From positions 1 to 60,394 of IMG/VR virus record IMGVR_UViG_3300036828_000746: DNA of 60,394 bases; one strand, given 5' to 3'. The notes beneath the pieces were generated by a model. It worked only from the letters and a program-made list of their open reading frames with translations. It made no database searches and was not told the DNA's origin. Both the position numbers and the translations under genes were made by a program. Source of the stretch: a virus (Duplodnaviria > Caudoviricetes). This document shows positions 1 to 9,644 of this stretch, in pieces. Position 1 is the stretch's first letter, and every line of letters starts with the position of its first letter.

Positions 1-164
1 GTCGCGCAACCAACTGCGGAAGTTCCTAATCGACCGCCCCCCTTCAGCGAAACGCGCGCGCTTCGAGCGACGCTCACGCGCGACCCAGCATCTCCACCGC
101 GAATCGGAGCACGCTAAGGGCGTAGTTTTGCCCCCAAGCTTTCGCCCGACATCGACACCCATGG

Positions 165-497
165 TCAAGTCAACCTTAGTGATCGCTTTTCCTCGGGCAC
201 AGGCACCTGCGCACGATGCGCGCTCTTAGCGCCACGCTTCTTGTTGCACGTCTCACAGGCAGGCACGAGATTGGAGACGTCGTCTGTTCCTCCCGAGACA
301 ACGGGGACCAAGTGGTCAGCGGTAGTGGCAAGCGCTACCTTGCACCAAAAGCAAAGCGGGTTATTTGCCAGGATCGTCTCACGCGCTTTCCGGTACTGCG
401 CTAATGATCGCGGGTCTGACTTCGTGGGTTGACATACGCTGCAAGGAGTACGCTCGCTGACACGACCACAGCGAGTACAGGTTATGAGGCGGGTCAT
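165..497 (-). CDS. HNH endonuclease (HK97 gp74-like packaging accessory)
   Basis: CFWC...ADHLVP...GG....NLVPACETCNKKRG HNH motif; lies directly upstream of terS if the ends are joined. Confidence 0.9.
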   Translation of the reverse strand: MTRLITCTRCGRVSERTPCSVCQPTKSDPRSLAQYRKARETILANNPLCFWCKVALATTADHLVPVVSGGTDDVSNLVPACETCNKKRGAKSAHRAQVPVPEEKRSLRLT

Positions 498-661
498 TCA
501 TCCTCCGGTTGCTTAGCGATTGCAATTAGGGCATGCGCTATTGCTACCTGGATATGCTTCTCAGCATGCTGCTCCTCCCACGTTACTGAACCGTCGTCGT
601 TCATAATCGCTGCTTCGCTGACGAAGTATTCTGCTGATGAGATATGTTGCTTGACGTTCAC
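494..661 (-). CDS. Small hypothetical protein (55 aa, below the ORF-track cutoff)
   Basis: GTG start after GAGG; MNVKQHISSAEYF...AIAHALIAIAKQPEDE; its TGA overlaps the HNH ATG (ATGA). Confidence 0.6.
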   Translation of the reverse strand: MNVKQHISSAEYFVSEAAIMNDDGSVTWEEQHAEKHIQVAIAHALIAIAKQPEDE

Positions 662-666
662 TTGAC

Positions 667-702
667 CTCGCTTCGCTCGCTTCGCTCGCTTCGCTCGCTT
701 CG
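667..702. repeat. Tandem 9-bp repeat (CTCGCTTCG)x4
   Basis: Four exact copies visible; adjacent to an AT-rich inverted repeat. Confidence 0.9.
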
Positions 703-729
703 CTTATAACCTTCGCTTCTTCCTGCGCC

Positions 730-850
730 CCCAAAAATAATCAATACAGAATACATACATAGGCCCCTAAACTCGTACATGTGCGCGATGGCAAAAGTTA
801 GGTGTGTAAATATGTATTTGTATTGGATTTCCGACCTCTACACTAGGATT
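730..850. other. Candidate replication origin (AT-rich imperfect inverted repeat)
   Basis: AATCAATACAGAATACATA (739-757) versus TATGTATTTGTATTGGATT (811-829); AT-rich island immediately downstream of the primase-helicase gene. Confidence 0.45.
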
Positions 851-864
851 TGCTTTACCGCCTG

Positions 865-3159
865 TTATTGCGCCTTTTGCAGGGGTAACCCAACACCGAA
901 GAACCCGCGATCCTGTTTTCCGTCAATACTCGGTTGACCTTCCCGGACACCTGTGTCCTCGGTCGACGCCTTGAACGCTGAACGAAAAGCACTGGATAAC
1001 ATGGGACGTTGAACCCCATGCATACTGCACCAGGACAAATAAGCTTGGTGTAGCGCTGCCCGGTGCACTTTCTGCCGGTCGCCAAACACGAGTTCAGACA
1101 CGAAACCTTCAAGAGGGTCAGTTTCCTCCTGCATCGTCATAACCTGTTCAGTCACAACACCGGGCACCTCGATGATGCGGCCTTTGCTCCCATATTCCCT
1201 CCACCAGCGAACCGCACCTTCAACAACCCACCGCAAAATACCAGGTCCATGCTCCTCGGTTGCAAGGCGATACCGCATTGTGGGGTTCACACGGATGACC
1301 CGGTGCTCAAACGGGAGGATTTTGACCCGTCGCCAAAAACCATCCCGCTTTGTTGCCCCAGGCACACGCGGAAAGTGATTCGCCGCAAAAAACAGGGTCC
1401 ACTGAGGTTTGAACACGATCGGCGCTTTGGCGTAGGGCATGCGTGCGCTAATGGTGTCCTGTCCAGTGAGGCGGTTGAGGACTGAGGTCGAAAACCGGGA
1501 GCCTTGAGCGATCTCAGTCGATGTGACAAGACGAGCATGACGAAGTGCCGCGAGATCCGCACGATGCGACACACCCATGGTCGCTTGCGACATCATAAAC
1601 GTCTCAGGATCAGCAGCAGTCGCGTATCCGCCAAGTGCGTGACTGACTGCCTCAAGAACCGTTGTCTTGCCCGTTCCTCCAGGACCGTGGAAATAGAAGA
1701 ACGCATCCTCACGCGTATCACCGGTCGCTGCATACCCAAACGCGAGTTGAAGGAAGTCGATCAGGTCGTCATCCGACGAACACGCAGCATCGACAACTTC
1801 GTCCCATAAATCGGAGGTAGCGTCCTTGTAATACGCAAAACTAGTGGTTCGAGTGATGTAATCCTCCCGATGTTGCTCACGCGGTTCGCCAGTACGAAGA
1901 TCAACGGTACAGTTGGTGCAATTGAGGAGCATGCGCTCAGTATCGAAGATCGAATCCTTGCATTTGATGTCCGTCAGCGCTGCCGCTTCTCTGATGATGT
2001 TTGAGATTGCGCCTGTTCGCTGGATCGCCTCAGCTTCCTTACGCTTCGACGTTGCTGCTTCACCTTCACTAAGCAACGCCTGCGCATGCTCAACACGCCC
2101 CATCTCGTGAACTTGTTCTCGTACGTCGTCCTCAGCGATTGATTGCCATGCTGACGAATCCCACGTGTACCACGACTGCTGCGTATGTTTGAGATTTCCC
2201 CGGGCAAATGCACGAAGGCGGTACGCTCGACCCACGTCCGTTGACAATCCCGCTCCTTGTGGGATCTCAAGCGATTTACTCGGTTGCTTGTTGTATTCGT
2301 CAGCGACAAGGCGATGAACTTGATTCTCTGTCCACGGTTCGCCTGCCCACTCACACTTTGAGATCGCGTCCCAGATCAGCGCTGCTGCTTCCTCCGGTTT
2401 CACCCGAATTCCCCACAACGCACGCGCCGCCTTACACGCCATTGCTCGTTGACCGCCAGCAGGCGTGCCACCGTTGCGCAGGAATTCCCGAACTGCTCCT
2501 GAAGGCGGTATTCCAGTAGGTTCGCCTGTTGCTGCCCCGAAAAGAACATCCTGCTCAACTACCCCGGGTGCTAACGACACAAGCCAAGCAGGCATGATCA
2601 CTGCATCGTCAATCGGGGTGACGAACTCGTACTGAACTCCTGACTTGTGCATCGACGGAGTTACAACAGCATAAACCGATGATGTCGCGAGCAAGTCAAC
2701 GCCTGGATACCCAGGTAGCGGTTTCTTCGTGTTGACCTCGACACCTGGGGGAATCAAGAACCAATAATGCAACCCTCGATTCCCGTTCTTGTCCTCTCCT
2801 GTTTCCTCAACCCACGTATCCGGCAGACGTTCGTGATCACGGATCATCGCCTCGAAGGATTCGAGACCTTTGTTCTTCGGGTCAACATCGAGACACGCCC
2901 AACCGTCACCACAAACAGCGCCGATATTGTAACCGCGGTACTTGCCTTTCTCGCCAAACCACCTCTCGATCTGCTGACGGTTCTGAGTCGCTTGGTTGTG
3001 ACCTCCTGCTCCGTTCGCTGGATGCTTGCCAACACTGGCGCACGACTTCGCGCCACATGAGCATCCGCCTTCAGTAGGAAACTCGATCGGGAATACAGAG
3101 AAACCTTTGTCCACGTACTCGTTGGCTGCTTCATACACCTGCTTAGACGCCGTGTCCAA
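865..3159 (-). CDS. Bifunctional primase-polymerase fused to D5-like SF3 helicase
   Basis: N-terminal FPI...CSCG..C..GKHP...NIG...LDVD...GLHYWF prim-pol motifs; LLNCTNCTVDLRTG D5_N-like region; Walker A GPGGTGKTT; FWRRVKILPF. Confidence 0.9.
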   Translation of the reverse strand: MDTASKQVYEAANEYVDKGFSVFPIEFPTEGGCSCGAKSCASVGKHPANGAGGHNQATQNRQQIERWFGEKGKYRGYNIGAVCGDGWACLDVDPKNKGLESFEAMIRDHERLPDTWVEETGEDKNGNRGLHYWFLIPPGVEVNTKKPLPGYPGVDLLATSSVYAVVTPSMHKSGVQYEFVTPIDDAVIMPAWLVSLAPGVVEQDVLFGAATGEPTGIPPSGAVREFLRNGGTPAGGQRAMACKAARALWGIRVKPEEAAALIWDAISKCEWAGEPWTENQVHRLVADEYNKQPSKSLEIPQGAGLSTDVGRAYRLRAFARGNLKHTQQSWYTWDSSAWQSIAEDDVREQVHEMGRVEHAQALLSEGEAATSKRKEAEAIQRTGAISNIIREAAALTDIKCKDSIFDTERMLLNCTNCTVDLRTGEPREQHREDYITRTTSFAYYKDATSDLWDEVVDAACSSDDDLIDFLQLAFGYAATGDTREDAFFYFHGPGGTGKTTVLEAVSHALGGYATAADPETFMMSQATMGVSHRADLAALRHARLVTSTEIAQGSRFSTSVLNRLTGQDTISARMPYAKAPIVFKPQWTLFFAANHFPRVPGATKRDGFWRRVKILPFEHRVIRVNPTMRYRLATEEHGPGILRWVVEGAVRWWREYGSKGRIIEVPGVVTEQVMTMQEETDPLEGFVSELVFGDRQKVHRAALHQAYLSWCSMHGVQRPMLSSAFRSAFKASTEDTGVREGQPSIDGKQDRGFFGVGLPLQKAQ

Positions 3160-3313
3160 CTTGCCTCCTTGTCGGGTTGAGGGGCGTGCAACGTATCACA
3201 AAATTACGTGTCTAATCGTGGGTTGTGTGCGTAAGTCACATGCCTAAATGTGTCCTAGGTGTGTCCTATTTCCCACGCTCGCGCGGGCGTCATATCCGCA
3301 GGATTCGCGAGAC

Positions 3314-3456
3314 CCCTAAAAACCGCGGTACCGCCTGTGAGGTCATCTAAGGCCCGCTAAGCGGTTTGACCCCCGGAGAGGTAGGTTAGGTCCTAAAAGA
3401 AATCTTTGAGCTTCTTCCCTGCAAATCCCAATAAACAGTTTCTTGAGGCAGAGAAA
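3314..3456 (+). repeat. Dispersed ~120-140 bp intergenic repeat, copy A
   Basis: CTAAG..CTAAGCGGTTT...TAGGTTAGGTCC...AATCTTTGAGCTTCTTCCCTGCAAATCCCAATAAA; matches 19693-19833 (+) and 34642-34760 (-). Confidence 0.9.
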
Positions 3457-3550
3457 AACTGTGCATCATTTTCCCCCGCTCAAAACCGAGCAAATCTGCG
3501 ATACGATCACGACGACAGACGCCCATATACAACCGGAGATCGAGGCAAGT

Positions 3551-4204
3551 ATGACCACTGTCCTATTCGGGAAACAGGCGCGAAAAATTGAGCCCGTGTA
3601 CCTCGAAGTCGCTGAGGTCAAACCCACAGAGTGCGGCAAGCGTTGGCTTGAGCGATTCGCTGAAACCCAACAGCGATTCAACGCTACCATCCGCGACATC
3701 GGTAAGCTCGCGCACAAGGAACTCCTACGCTGGGACGACATCACGCGCCTCCTCGATGCCGAGGGCGTTGCGCAGGCGGCGATCTCATCGGGCGTCTCGC
3801 AGACGCAGATGGTTGCGCTGATCAACGCGTCAACGAAACAAGCGACGTACACAGCGCCAGCAGCGTTTGCCGTTGCGCTCACGAACGCTGCACCGACATC
3901 CACATCGACCGGTGTGCTTGGCGCTGTTGAGGCAACATATACAGGTTACGCCAGGACCGCAGCGACGATGGGCGCAGCGTCAGCAGCAACCCCGTCAGTC
4001 GCAACGAACACCGCAACCGTCACATTCCCGAACTGCACGGGCACAGGCGCAACGCTCCTAGGGTTCGTGATCGCGGACTCAGCAACAACCAACGTCGGCA
4101 ACGCGATCTGGTACGGCACGCTCACATCGACCGCAATCTCGACAACCCAGACACCACCGACGATTGCTGCCGGCGCGCTGTCGCTCTCAATGACTGGAAC
4201 ATGA
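3551..4204 (+). CDS. Virion structural protein (small beta-rich fibre/appendage subunit with extra N-terminal domain)
   Basis: C-terminal half VALTNAAP...EATYTGYARTA...NTATVTFP...GNAIWYGTL...IAAGALSLS resembles a widespread phage minor-structural family; ATG 3551 follows GGAG/GAGG. Confidence 0.65.
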   Translation: MTTVLFGKQARKIEPVYLEVAEVKPTECGKRWLERFAETQQRFNATIRDIGKLAHKELLRWDDITRLLDAEGVAQAAISSGVSQTQMVALINASTKQATYTAPAAFAVALTNAAPTSTSTGVLGAVEATYTGYARTAATMGAASAATPSVATNTATVTFPNCTGTGATLLGFVIADSATTNVGNAIWYGTLTSTAISTTQTPPTIAAGALSLSMTGT

Positions 4205-4205
4205 T

Positions 4206-4478
4206 ATGAGCGCCGATTACGAACCGCACTTCGACTTGCTTGGCACACATCGCCGCGTGCTTGGGTTCATCACAGACGAAGAACACCAGGGTCGACCACG
4301 CAACACCGCTGAGGTGCTTGCTGAGGATCTGAACGATGATCCGAACACTCGCTTCGACATCGCCACAGATGACGTACAGGAATTCCTGGACGACCTCGAA
4401 GCAGAAGGTTTCGTCTCAAAGAAGAAGGACGGCGCCTACAGCGTCACAGACGCCGGTCGGGTTGAACTGACGAGCTAA
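4206..4478 (+). CDS. Small winged-helix protein
   Basis: HRRVLGFI...TAEVLAEDL...DVQEFLDDLEAEGFV...YSVTDAGR wHTH pattern. Confidence 0.6.
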   Translation: MSADYEPHFDLLGTHRRVLGFITDEEHQGRPRNTAEVLAEDLNDDPNTRFDIATDDVQEFLDDLEAEGFVSKKKDGAYSVTDAGRVELTS

Positions 4479-4483
4479 CCGGG

Positions 4484-7400
4484 ATGGCCGCTCCGGCTGC
4501 CACCAGTATCGCCGTTCTATCGGCTAAGGGATTATCGGGCACGTCGTACACGACGGCGGCCATCGGGGTGGCCGATAGTGGTGCTGGGGCGTACGCGGTG
4601 CTGTTGGCTGGCCAAGGTGGCACCAACGTAATTTCGTCGGTCACTGATTCGGCAGGCAACACCTACACGGCGATACCGGGGACGAACGCGACCAGCGGTG
4701 GCAATGCGGGCACGTGGATTTTCCTAAGCGGTTCGAACCCGCACCCGCTTTTGACGACGACGACGTTCACCGTGGTGAACAGCCTCAGCGTGGGTCGATA
4801 TGTCCTGCACGTTTTCAAAATAGACGTGGTCCCGGCAGTTGTCGCTGGGACCGGCGCGTTTGGATTCTCGACATCTTCGACGGCAATAGCAGTTACGTCG
4901 GGGACGCCTTCGGTCAGCGGTGATTATCTCTGGCTGGCGGTCACCGGCTGGCAGAGCACTGGGCAAACGCTGACCATCTCGTCCACGGGGTACACGCTCA
5001 TCCCTACCGGCACGGCAGTCGAGGGAACTACGGGCGGCAGCGCCACAACAAATATCTCAGCCAAGGTAGGCTACAAGCAGGTGCTGGGCTCAGCGGCGGC
5101 ACAGAATTTCAATGGAACGCAGAGCGCCTTCGTCACCTGGGGGAACTCGATCGCGGCACTCACCGTCGGCGCCGCCACCGTCGCGCCGATCACGCCAGCG
5201 GCCGGGGCGAAGGCCGCAGCGACTGCCGTCGTCAGTACGCCTGCTTTTCTTTCATCGCCGGGCGCGGTAGGTGCAGGAGGCCCGGCCTACGCAAAGACGG
5301 TGTTGGCCGACTCGCCGTCCGGGTATTGGCGGCTGGACGAAACAGCCGGAACGTCGTTCGTGGATTCGTCGGGCAACGGCTACACGGGCGCCGCGTATTC
5401 GGCTGGGTCAATGACACTGGCCCAACCCGGGCTGATTTCTGCCGATCCCGACACATGCGTCAACTTCAACGAAGGGTGCTTCCGCGTCGGCGGGTTGACG
5501 CCGTTTGTACCCGGCAGCGCAATCACGGTCGAAGCATGGTCGGTGCGGGTCACGCCAAACCAATATTGCGCGTGGGTCAAGTCGGACATGTCGAACGCCG
5601 GGCCAATCGTGTCCGTCAACGACGACGGAAGTGTCGGTTGGCAAGCCGGGCCAAGCCAAGCCGTCAGTTGGCCGTCGGGCACCGTTCCCGTCAACACGCC
5701 CGTCTATATGGCGATCACGTACGACGACTCGACGTTGACGTCCGAACTGTTCGTCAACGGCGCTTCGCAGGGAACGCGCACGTTTGGCGCTGGCTACGGC
5801 TATTCAAGTTCCGGGTCGGGCGTTTCCACTTCTCCAATCCACATCGCGGGCGATGTCGGCAACGGCGCGTGGAACTGGCAAGGTCAGTTCGATGAAGCAG
5901 CGGTGTACCCGCGCGTGTTGTCAGCCGCAACGATCGCGAAACACTACGCCGCCGGCCGCACTTACGACCAAATTGTCATGGCAGACGGACCGGCGTCATA
6001 TTGGCCGTTGAACGACGCAACAGGCACCGCAGCGGCGGACGTGGCCGGCAGCGCGCCCGGAACTTACGTTGGCGGAATAACACTCGGCGTACCCGGAATT
6101 GGGGACGGCGACACGGCGGTTGCGCTTGACGGTGCTGCCTCGACGGTAATTTCAATGGCAAGCTTCGGTTCCACCCAAGGGTCGATCACTTGGGAGGTTT
6201 GGGGTTATTTGACGCCGCCATCACTTAGCGGTTATGGTGCTTTGTTGACCCGAACCGTTGGCAACGGCGGGGCACCTTATGACTGGTATGTCGTCAGCAA
6301 CGCTGGCAGCGTAGATTTCTACATCAACGGGAACGGGTTCTTGTCCGCAACGGGAGTGGTGCCGTCCAATGCTTGGACCCATTTTGTCTTCACGTACGAC
6401 GGTACCAGCCATCAGATACGCGTTTACGTAAACGGCCAGCAAGTAATCAGCGACCCTGGGAACTACACAGCGCCGGCAGATGGTGCCAAGCCACTTCTTT
6501 TTGGCAACCGCGACGACCAAGCGACAGCATTCAAGGGAAGCGCGGCGAAAGCGGCGGTGTATCGCCATGTGCTTACGCCAGCCCAAGTCCCGGTACATTA
6601 TGCCGCGGGCACGACGCCGCTAGCGCCGGCCCAACCCATCGTCGCCGCCCAAGCCGCGACCGCCGCCACCGCAACAGTCACGATCCCGGCGCCGGCCGCG
6701 TTCCTTACGCCGTCTGCACAAGCAGCCGCGCAAGCAATTGCCAGCGTCGTCGCTCAGCAGAAATTGACGTTGACGGCAGGAACGGCAGCAGCGGCGACAA
6801 CACTGATTTCCGCGCCGACCAAACTGACGCCAGCAGCAGGAAGCGCAACGCAGGCGACAATCGTTCTGAGCGCCCCGACCACCCTGTCAGTTACAGCAGG
6901 CGCTGCTGCACAGGCAATCGCGCTCGTCACGACACCAGTCGGTTTGACGGCGTCCGCAGGTACAACGAGTCAGGCGCTGGCATTCGTTGGCATTCCGGTC
7001 CCACTCGTAATAAACGCAGGCGCTGCGACTGCTGCCACTGCACGCACCACGCCTTTGATCGTGTGTGCTGCGAATGCCACCACGTCTGCCGCCTGCGTCG
7101 TCGTCGCTACGACGATACTCACCTTGTCTGCCTCCTGCGCATCACAAGCGGTAATGGCAGTGACAGCGGGCGGCAAATTGACTCCATCTGCTGGCGCCAC
7201 AACTGTCGCTACCGGCGTTCTGACTGCGCCGATAGTTTTGCAGATATCTGCTCAGGCAACATCGCAGGCAATCGCTCCGCTAACTGCGCCTACTCGATTG
7301 ACAGCGACTGCTCAGGCAACGTCGAGCGCAACGGCAGTCCTCACAGCCCAACTCACGCTTCACGCCCAAGCAACTACAAGCGCTACTGCGATCGTCGTCG

Positions 7401-8137
7401 CCGTTGCGCAGATCGTTCTAACGGCTCAGGCAACAACGCAAGCGACCTCTGGAATACAGGTACCCGGAGTCGCGTTCCTCACCCTCAATGGCGCAGCGGC
7501 AACGCAGGCGACAGCAGCGCTTTCTGCTTCTGGCAAGGTAACAGCGAGCGCGGGTTCATCCACATCTGCGCTGTCCCTCGTTACCGCCCAGGCGCGTTTG
7601 ACAGCGACCGCTGCTGCTGCGACCCAGGCAATCAACACGGTCACAGCGGTTGCCGGTGCGCCGTTGTCAGTGACCGCACGATGCACTACGAGCGCAGTAG
7701 CAGCAGTAACAGCGCCTGTCGCGTTGACCCCGCTTTCCACGAGCACCTCGTCTGCTACTGCAACGGCAACAGCAACGTCGCTATTGACTGCGGTCGCGAG
7801 TTCGACAACTGCTGCCTCCGCAGAGTTGAACGCTGCAGCCGTGCTTACTTTGGACGCCTCAAGCGTCAGCAATGCAACGGCAGCGCTTGCCCCGTTGCTC
7901 GTTGGGTTCAGTTCGTGCACCACGAGCGCGCGGGTGACGCTAGTAGCACACGGGGTCGTAGATATCCTACGAGTCGACGTGGTAGAAAGCGTCGCAGGTT
8001 TGTCGTGGACGGCAACGGTCGCAACGCTTGGGATCAGTGAGACGCAGAGTAACCTATTGATCACGGAGGAAGAACAAACTGACTTGTTGATCACGGCAGA
8101 GGAACAAACTGACCTGTTGATCACGGAGGAGGATTGA
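4484..8137 (+). CDS. Large fibre/adhesin: N-terminal beta domain, two LamG/concanavalin-like domains, ~20 Ala/Thr-rich 20-aa repeats
   Basis: Two copies of the ADxPxxYWxLxxxxGT...ITxExW...TYD...xLxVNG...AAVY LamG signature; periodic L-T-x-x-A-x-A repeats from ~6630 to ~7950. Confidence 0.85.
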   Translation: MAAPAATSIAVLSAKGLSGTSYTTAAIGVADSGAGAYAVLLAGQGGTNVISSVTDSAGNTYTAIPGTNATSGGNAGTWIFLSGSNPHPLLTTTTFTVVNSLSVGRYVLHVFKIDVVPAVVAGTGAFGFSTSSTAIAVTSGTPSVSGDYLWLAVTGWQSTGQTLTISSTGYTLIPTGTAVEGTTGGSATTNISAKVGYKQVLGSAAAQNFNGTQSAFVTWGNSIAALTVGAATVAPITPAAGAKAAATAVVSTPAFLSSPGAVGAGGPAYAKTVLADSPSGYWRLDETAGTSFVDSSGNGYTGAAYSAGSMTLAQPGLISADPDTCVNFNEGCFRVGGLTPFVPGSAITVEAWSVRVTPNQYCAWVKSDMSNAGPIVSVNDDGSVGWQAGPSQAVSWPSGTVPVNTPVYMAITYDDSTLTSELFVNGASQGTRTFGAGYGYSSSGSGVSTSPIHIAGDVGNGAWNWQGQFDEAAVYPRVLSAATIAKHYAAGRTYDQIVMADGPASYWPLNDATGTAAADVAGSAPGTYVGGITLGVPGIGDGDTAVALDGAASTVISMASFGSTQGSITWEVWGYLTPPSLSGYGALLTRTVGNGGAPYDWYVVSNAGSVDFYINGNGFLSATGVVPSNAWTHFVFTYDGTSHQIRVYVNGQQVISDPGNYTAPADGAKPLLFGNRDDQATAFKGSAAKAAVYRHVLTPAQVPVHYAAGTTPLAPAQPIVAAQAATAATATVTIPAPAAFLTPSAQAAAQAIASVVAQQKLTLTAGTAAAATTLISAPTKLTPAAGSATQATIVLSAPTTLSVTAGAAAQAIALVTTPVGLTASAGTTSQALAFVGIPVPLVINAGAATAATARTTPLIVCAANATTSAACVVVATTILTLSASCASQAVMAVTAGGKLTPSAGATTVATGVLTAPIVLQISAQATSQAIAPLTAPTRLTATAQATSSATAVLTAQLTLHAQATTSATAIVVAVAQIVLTAQATTQATSGIQVPGVAFLTLNGAAATQATAALSASGKVTASAGSSTSALSLVTAQARLTATAAAATQAINTVTAVAGAPLSVTARCTTSAVAAVTAPVALTPLSTSTSSATATATATSLLTAVASSTTAASAELNAAAVLTLDASSVSNATAALAPLLVGFSSCTTSARVTLVAHGVVDILRVDVVESVAGLSWTATVATLGISETQSNLLITEEEQTDLLITAEEQTDLLITEED
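8051..8133 (+). repeat. 30-bp tandem repeat encoding LLITxEEQTD x~3
   Basis: TTGATCACGG recurs every 30 bp at the end of the fibre gene. Confidence 0.85.
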
Positions 8138-8412
8138 TGAGAGTACAAGGCACGATCGTAGCGCTGTCCATTACCTTCGACGCAGCACCGCCCGATGTAC
8201 AAATAGCCGTCCAACCTCCTGACCCGCTGCCGGTGGTGGTGGGCAAGTTGTCAACCGGCGAAGTGACGGCAAACACTGACGGGACATACGCCTACGCGAT
8301 CGACACGACGCCAGCACCTGGACGCTGGGAGTATGAGGTCGCGTCAATCGGCGGGCTCACGAATGTCCGCAAGCAACGGGCATTCGATGTCAGACCGATG
8401 ATTGGCCCCTGA
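8134..8412 (+). CDS. Small Ig-like/BppU-like structural protein
   Basis: Beta-rich; DGTYAYAIDT..PGRWEYEV pattern typical of phage Ig-like adaptor domains; start overlaps the fibre stop. Confidence 0.5.
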   Translation: MMRVQGTIVALSITFDAAPPDVQIAVQPPDPLPVVVGKLSTGEVTANTDGTYAYAIDTTPAPGRWEYEVASIGGLTNVRKQRAFDVRPMIGP

Positions 8413-8449
8413 GGGGCGCCACTGACGTCTCGAACAGCGACGCCCCTCA
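8410..8449. terminator. Hairpin between convergent genes (possible bidirectional terminator)
   Basis: TGAGGGGCG...CGCCCCTCA inverted repeat. Confidence 0.6.
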
Positions 8450-8456
8450 AGTCCCG

Positions 8457-8957
8457 TTACTCAGCCTCCTCGCCCACCCACTGGAACGCAACCCGCGAAC
8501 GACCTGCGCCGTCAGTGCCACTCGCGCGTGCCGTGAACTTGCGCACGAGGTCGAAGTCCTCGAGGGCGTACATCGCGATCACGAGGTCCTCAGGATACTT
8601 CGCGCCGGCGCTCGTAGCCACCTCGTTGAACACGAGGGGTTCCTCCGACTCCTGGTAGCGTTCGAGGATCGCCCGCATGATCTCAGCAGACGCTGTGACC
8701 TTGTTGGACGATGTGAACTCGTAGTCATCCGTGACGATCAGGTCACCCGCCTCGATTGCGTCAGCGCGCTCCTTCGCCGCTGCTTCCTCCTTCTCACGGC
8801 GTGCGGCGTCGCGTGCTGACTCCTTCTCCTCCTCTTCCTCCTGAGCCTCCTCTTCGGGCTCCTCTTCAGTCGTCTCGGGTTCGGGTTCAGGCGCCTTCGA
8901 CTTCGCCTTGCCTGTACGGGGCGAGCGCGCGGCTTTCGCCTTCGCTGCGGGGGACAT
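8457..8957 (-). CDS. Winged-helix protein with basic then acidic disordered N-terminus (paralog of the 21630-22031 domain)
   Basis: GAKYPEDLVIAMYALE...RSRVAFQWV; strong RBS CAACAGGAGG. Confidence 0.75.
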   Translation of the reverse strand: MSPAAKAKAARSPRTGKAKSKAPEPEPETTEEEPEEEAQEEEEEKESARDAARREKEEAAAKERADAIEAGDLIVTDDYEFTSSNKVTASAEIMRAILERYQESEEPLVFNEVATSAGAKYPEDLVIAMYALEDFDLVRKFTARASGTDGAGRSRVAFQWVGEEAE

Positions 8958-9161
8958 GACTCGACCTCCTGTTGGGATTGGATGTGGGACGAGTCGACAA
9001 TATCACGTAATCACGGGTTCTGCCGGGCCTCGGTAAGCGACAAGGAATACGGAAACGCTACCCGAGCTCACGAGGACCCCTCCTACCCGGCAGGCCTACC
9101 CGTGACCTCATACATGTTTGCACACAATGTAAAATGATGCGCCCCGGACAAGGAAAGGACC

Positions 9162-9644
9162 TTGATGCAGGCACAGAACAATGGCGCGTCCGACATGTAC
9201 GACGCGACAGACATCATCAAAGAACTCGAAGGAGTCATCAGCGCGCTCGTGGCGGAGAAGGAGGAACTCAAGGGACAAATGGGAGCGATTGACGCAGCGA
9301 TCAAGCGCTACGGAAGGGCGATATCCGCGCTCGAATTGCCACAGGCGCTAGCGCCAAAGGCACCCAAGGAACGCTCAGGGCAGAAGCGCGAGGCATCCAA
9401 GGATTCGATGCGTCGGTCAGCGCGCTGGGATGACCTTCAAACGGCGGTCATCGCATACGCACGCGAACACGACGAATTCCGCCAGGTTGACCTCAGGAAC
9501 GATCTCGAAGATCTGAAACTCACGAGCGGGCACTCCTCGATCGCGTTCGACATCCTCCGCGACGACAACATCCTCCGCGTGTCCCGCATCGACGGGAACT
9601 CAAAGTTCTACCGCCTCACCCAGGAGGCGCTCAGCAATGCCTAG
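9162..9644 (+). CDS. Coiled-coil plus winged-helix protein
   Basis: N-terminal heptad helix; C-terminal FRQVDL...SIAFDILRDDNILRV..IDGNSKFYRLT. Confidence 0.6.
   Translation: MMQAQNNGASDMYDATDIIKELEGVISALVAEKEELKGQMGAIDAAIKRYGRAISALELPQALAPKAPKERSGQKREASKDSMRRSARWDDLQTAVIAYAREHDEFRQVDLRNDLEDLKLTSGHSSIAFDILRDDNILRVSRIDGNSKFYRLTQEALSNA

Noticed and set aside
100-180. Additional CTAAG-type elements at about 114, 9033, 10671 and 28867
   Set aside because: The partner motif is degenerate or off the 56/66-bp spacing; not counted among the supported copies
667-702. Short repeats as a possible CRISPR array
   Set aside because: 9-bp tandem units without spacers; the Cas4-like gene at 26569 is in a recombination context and no other cas genes are present
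6373-8040. 555-aa alternative-frame ORF (and antisense 7426-8214) overlapping the fibre gene
   Set aside because: Shadow frames of Ala/Thr/Val-rich codons rarely contain stops; the product is Arg/Ser/Cys-rich with no motif or RBS
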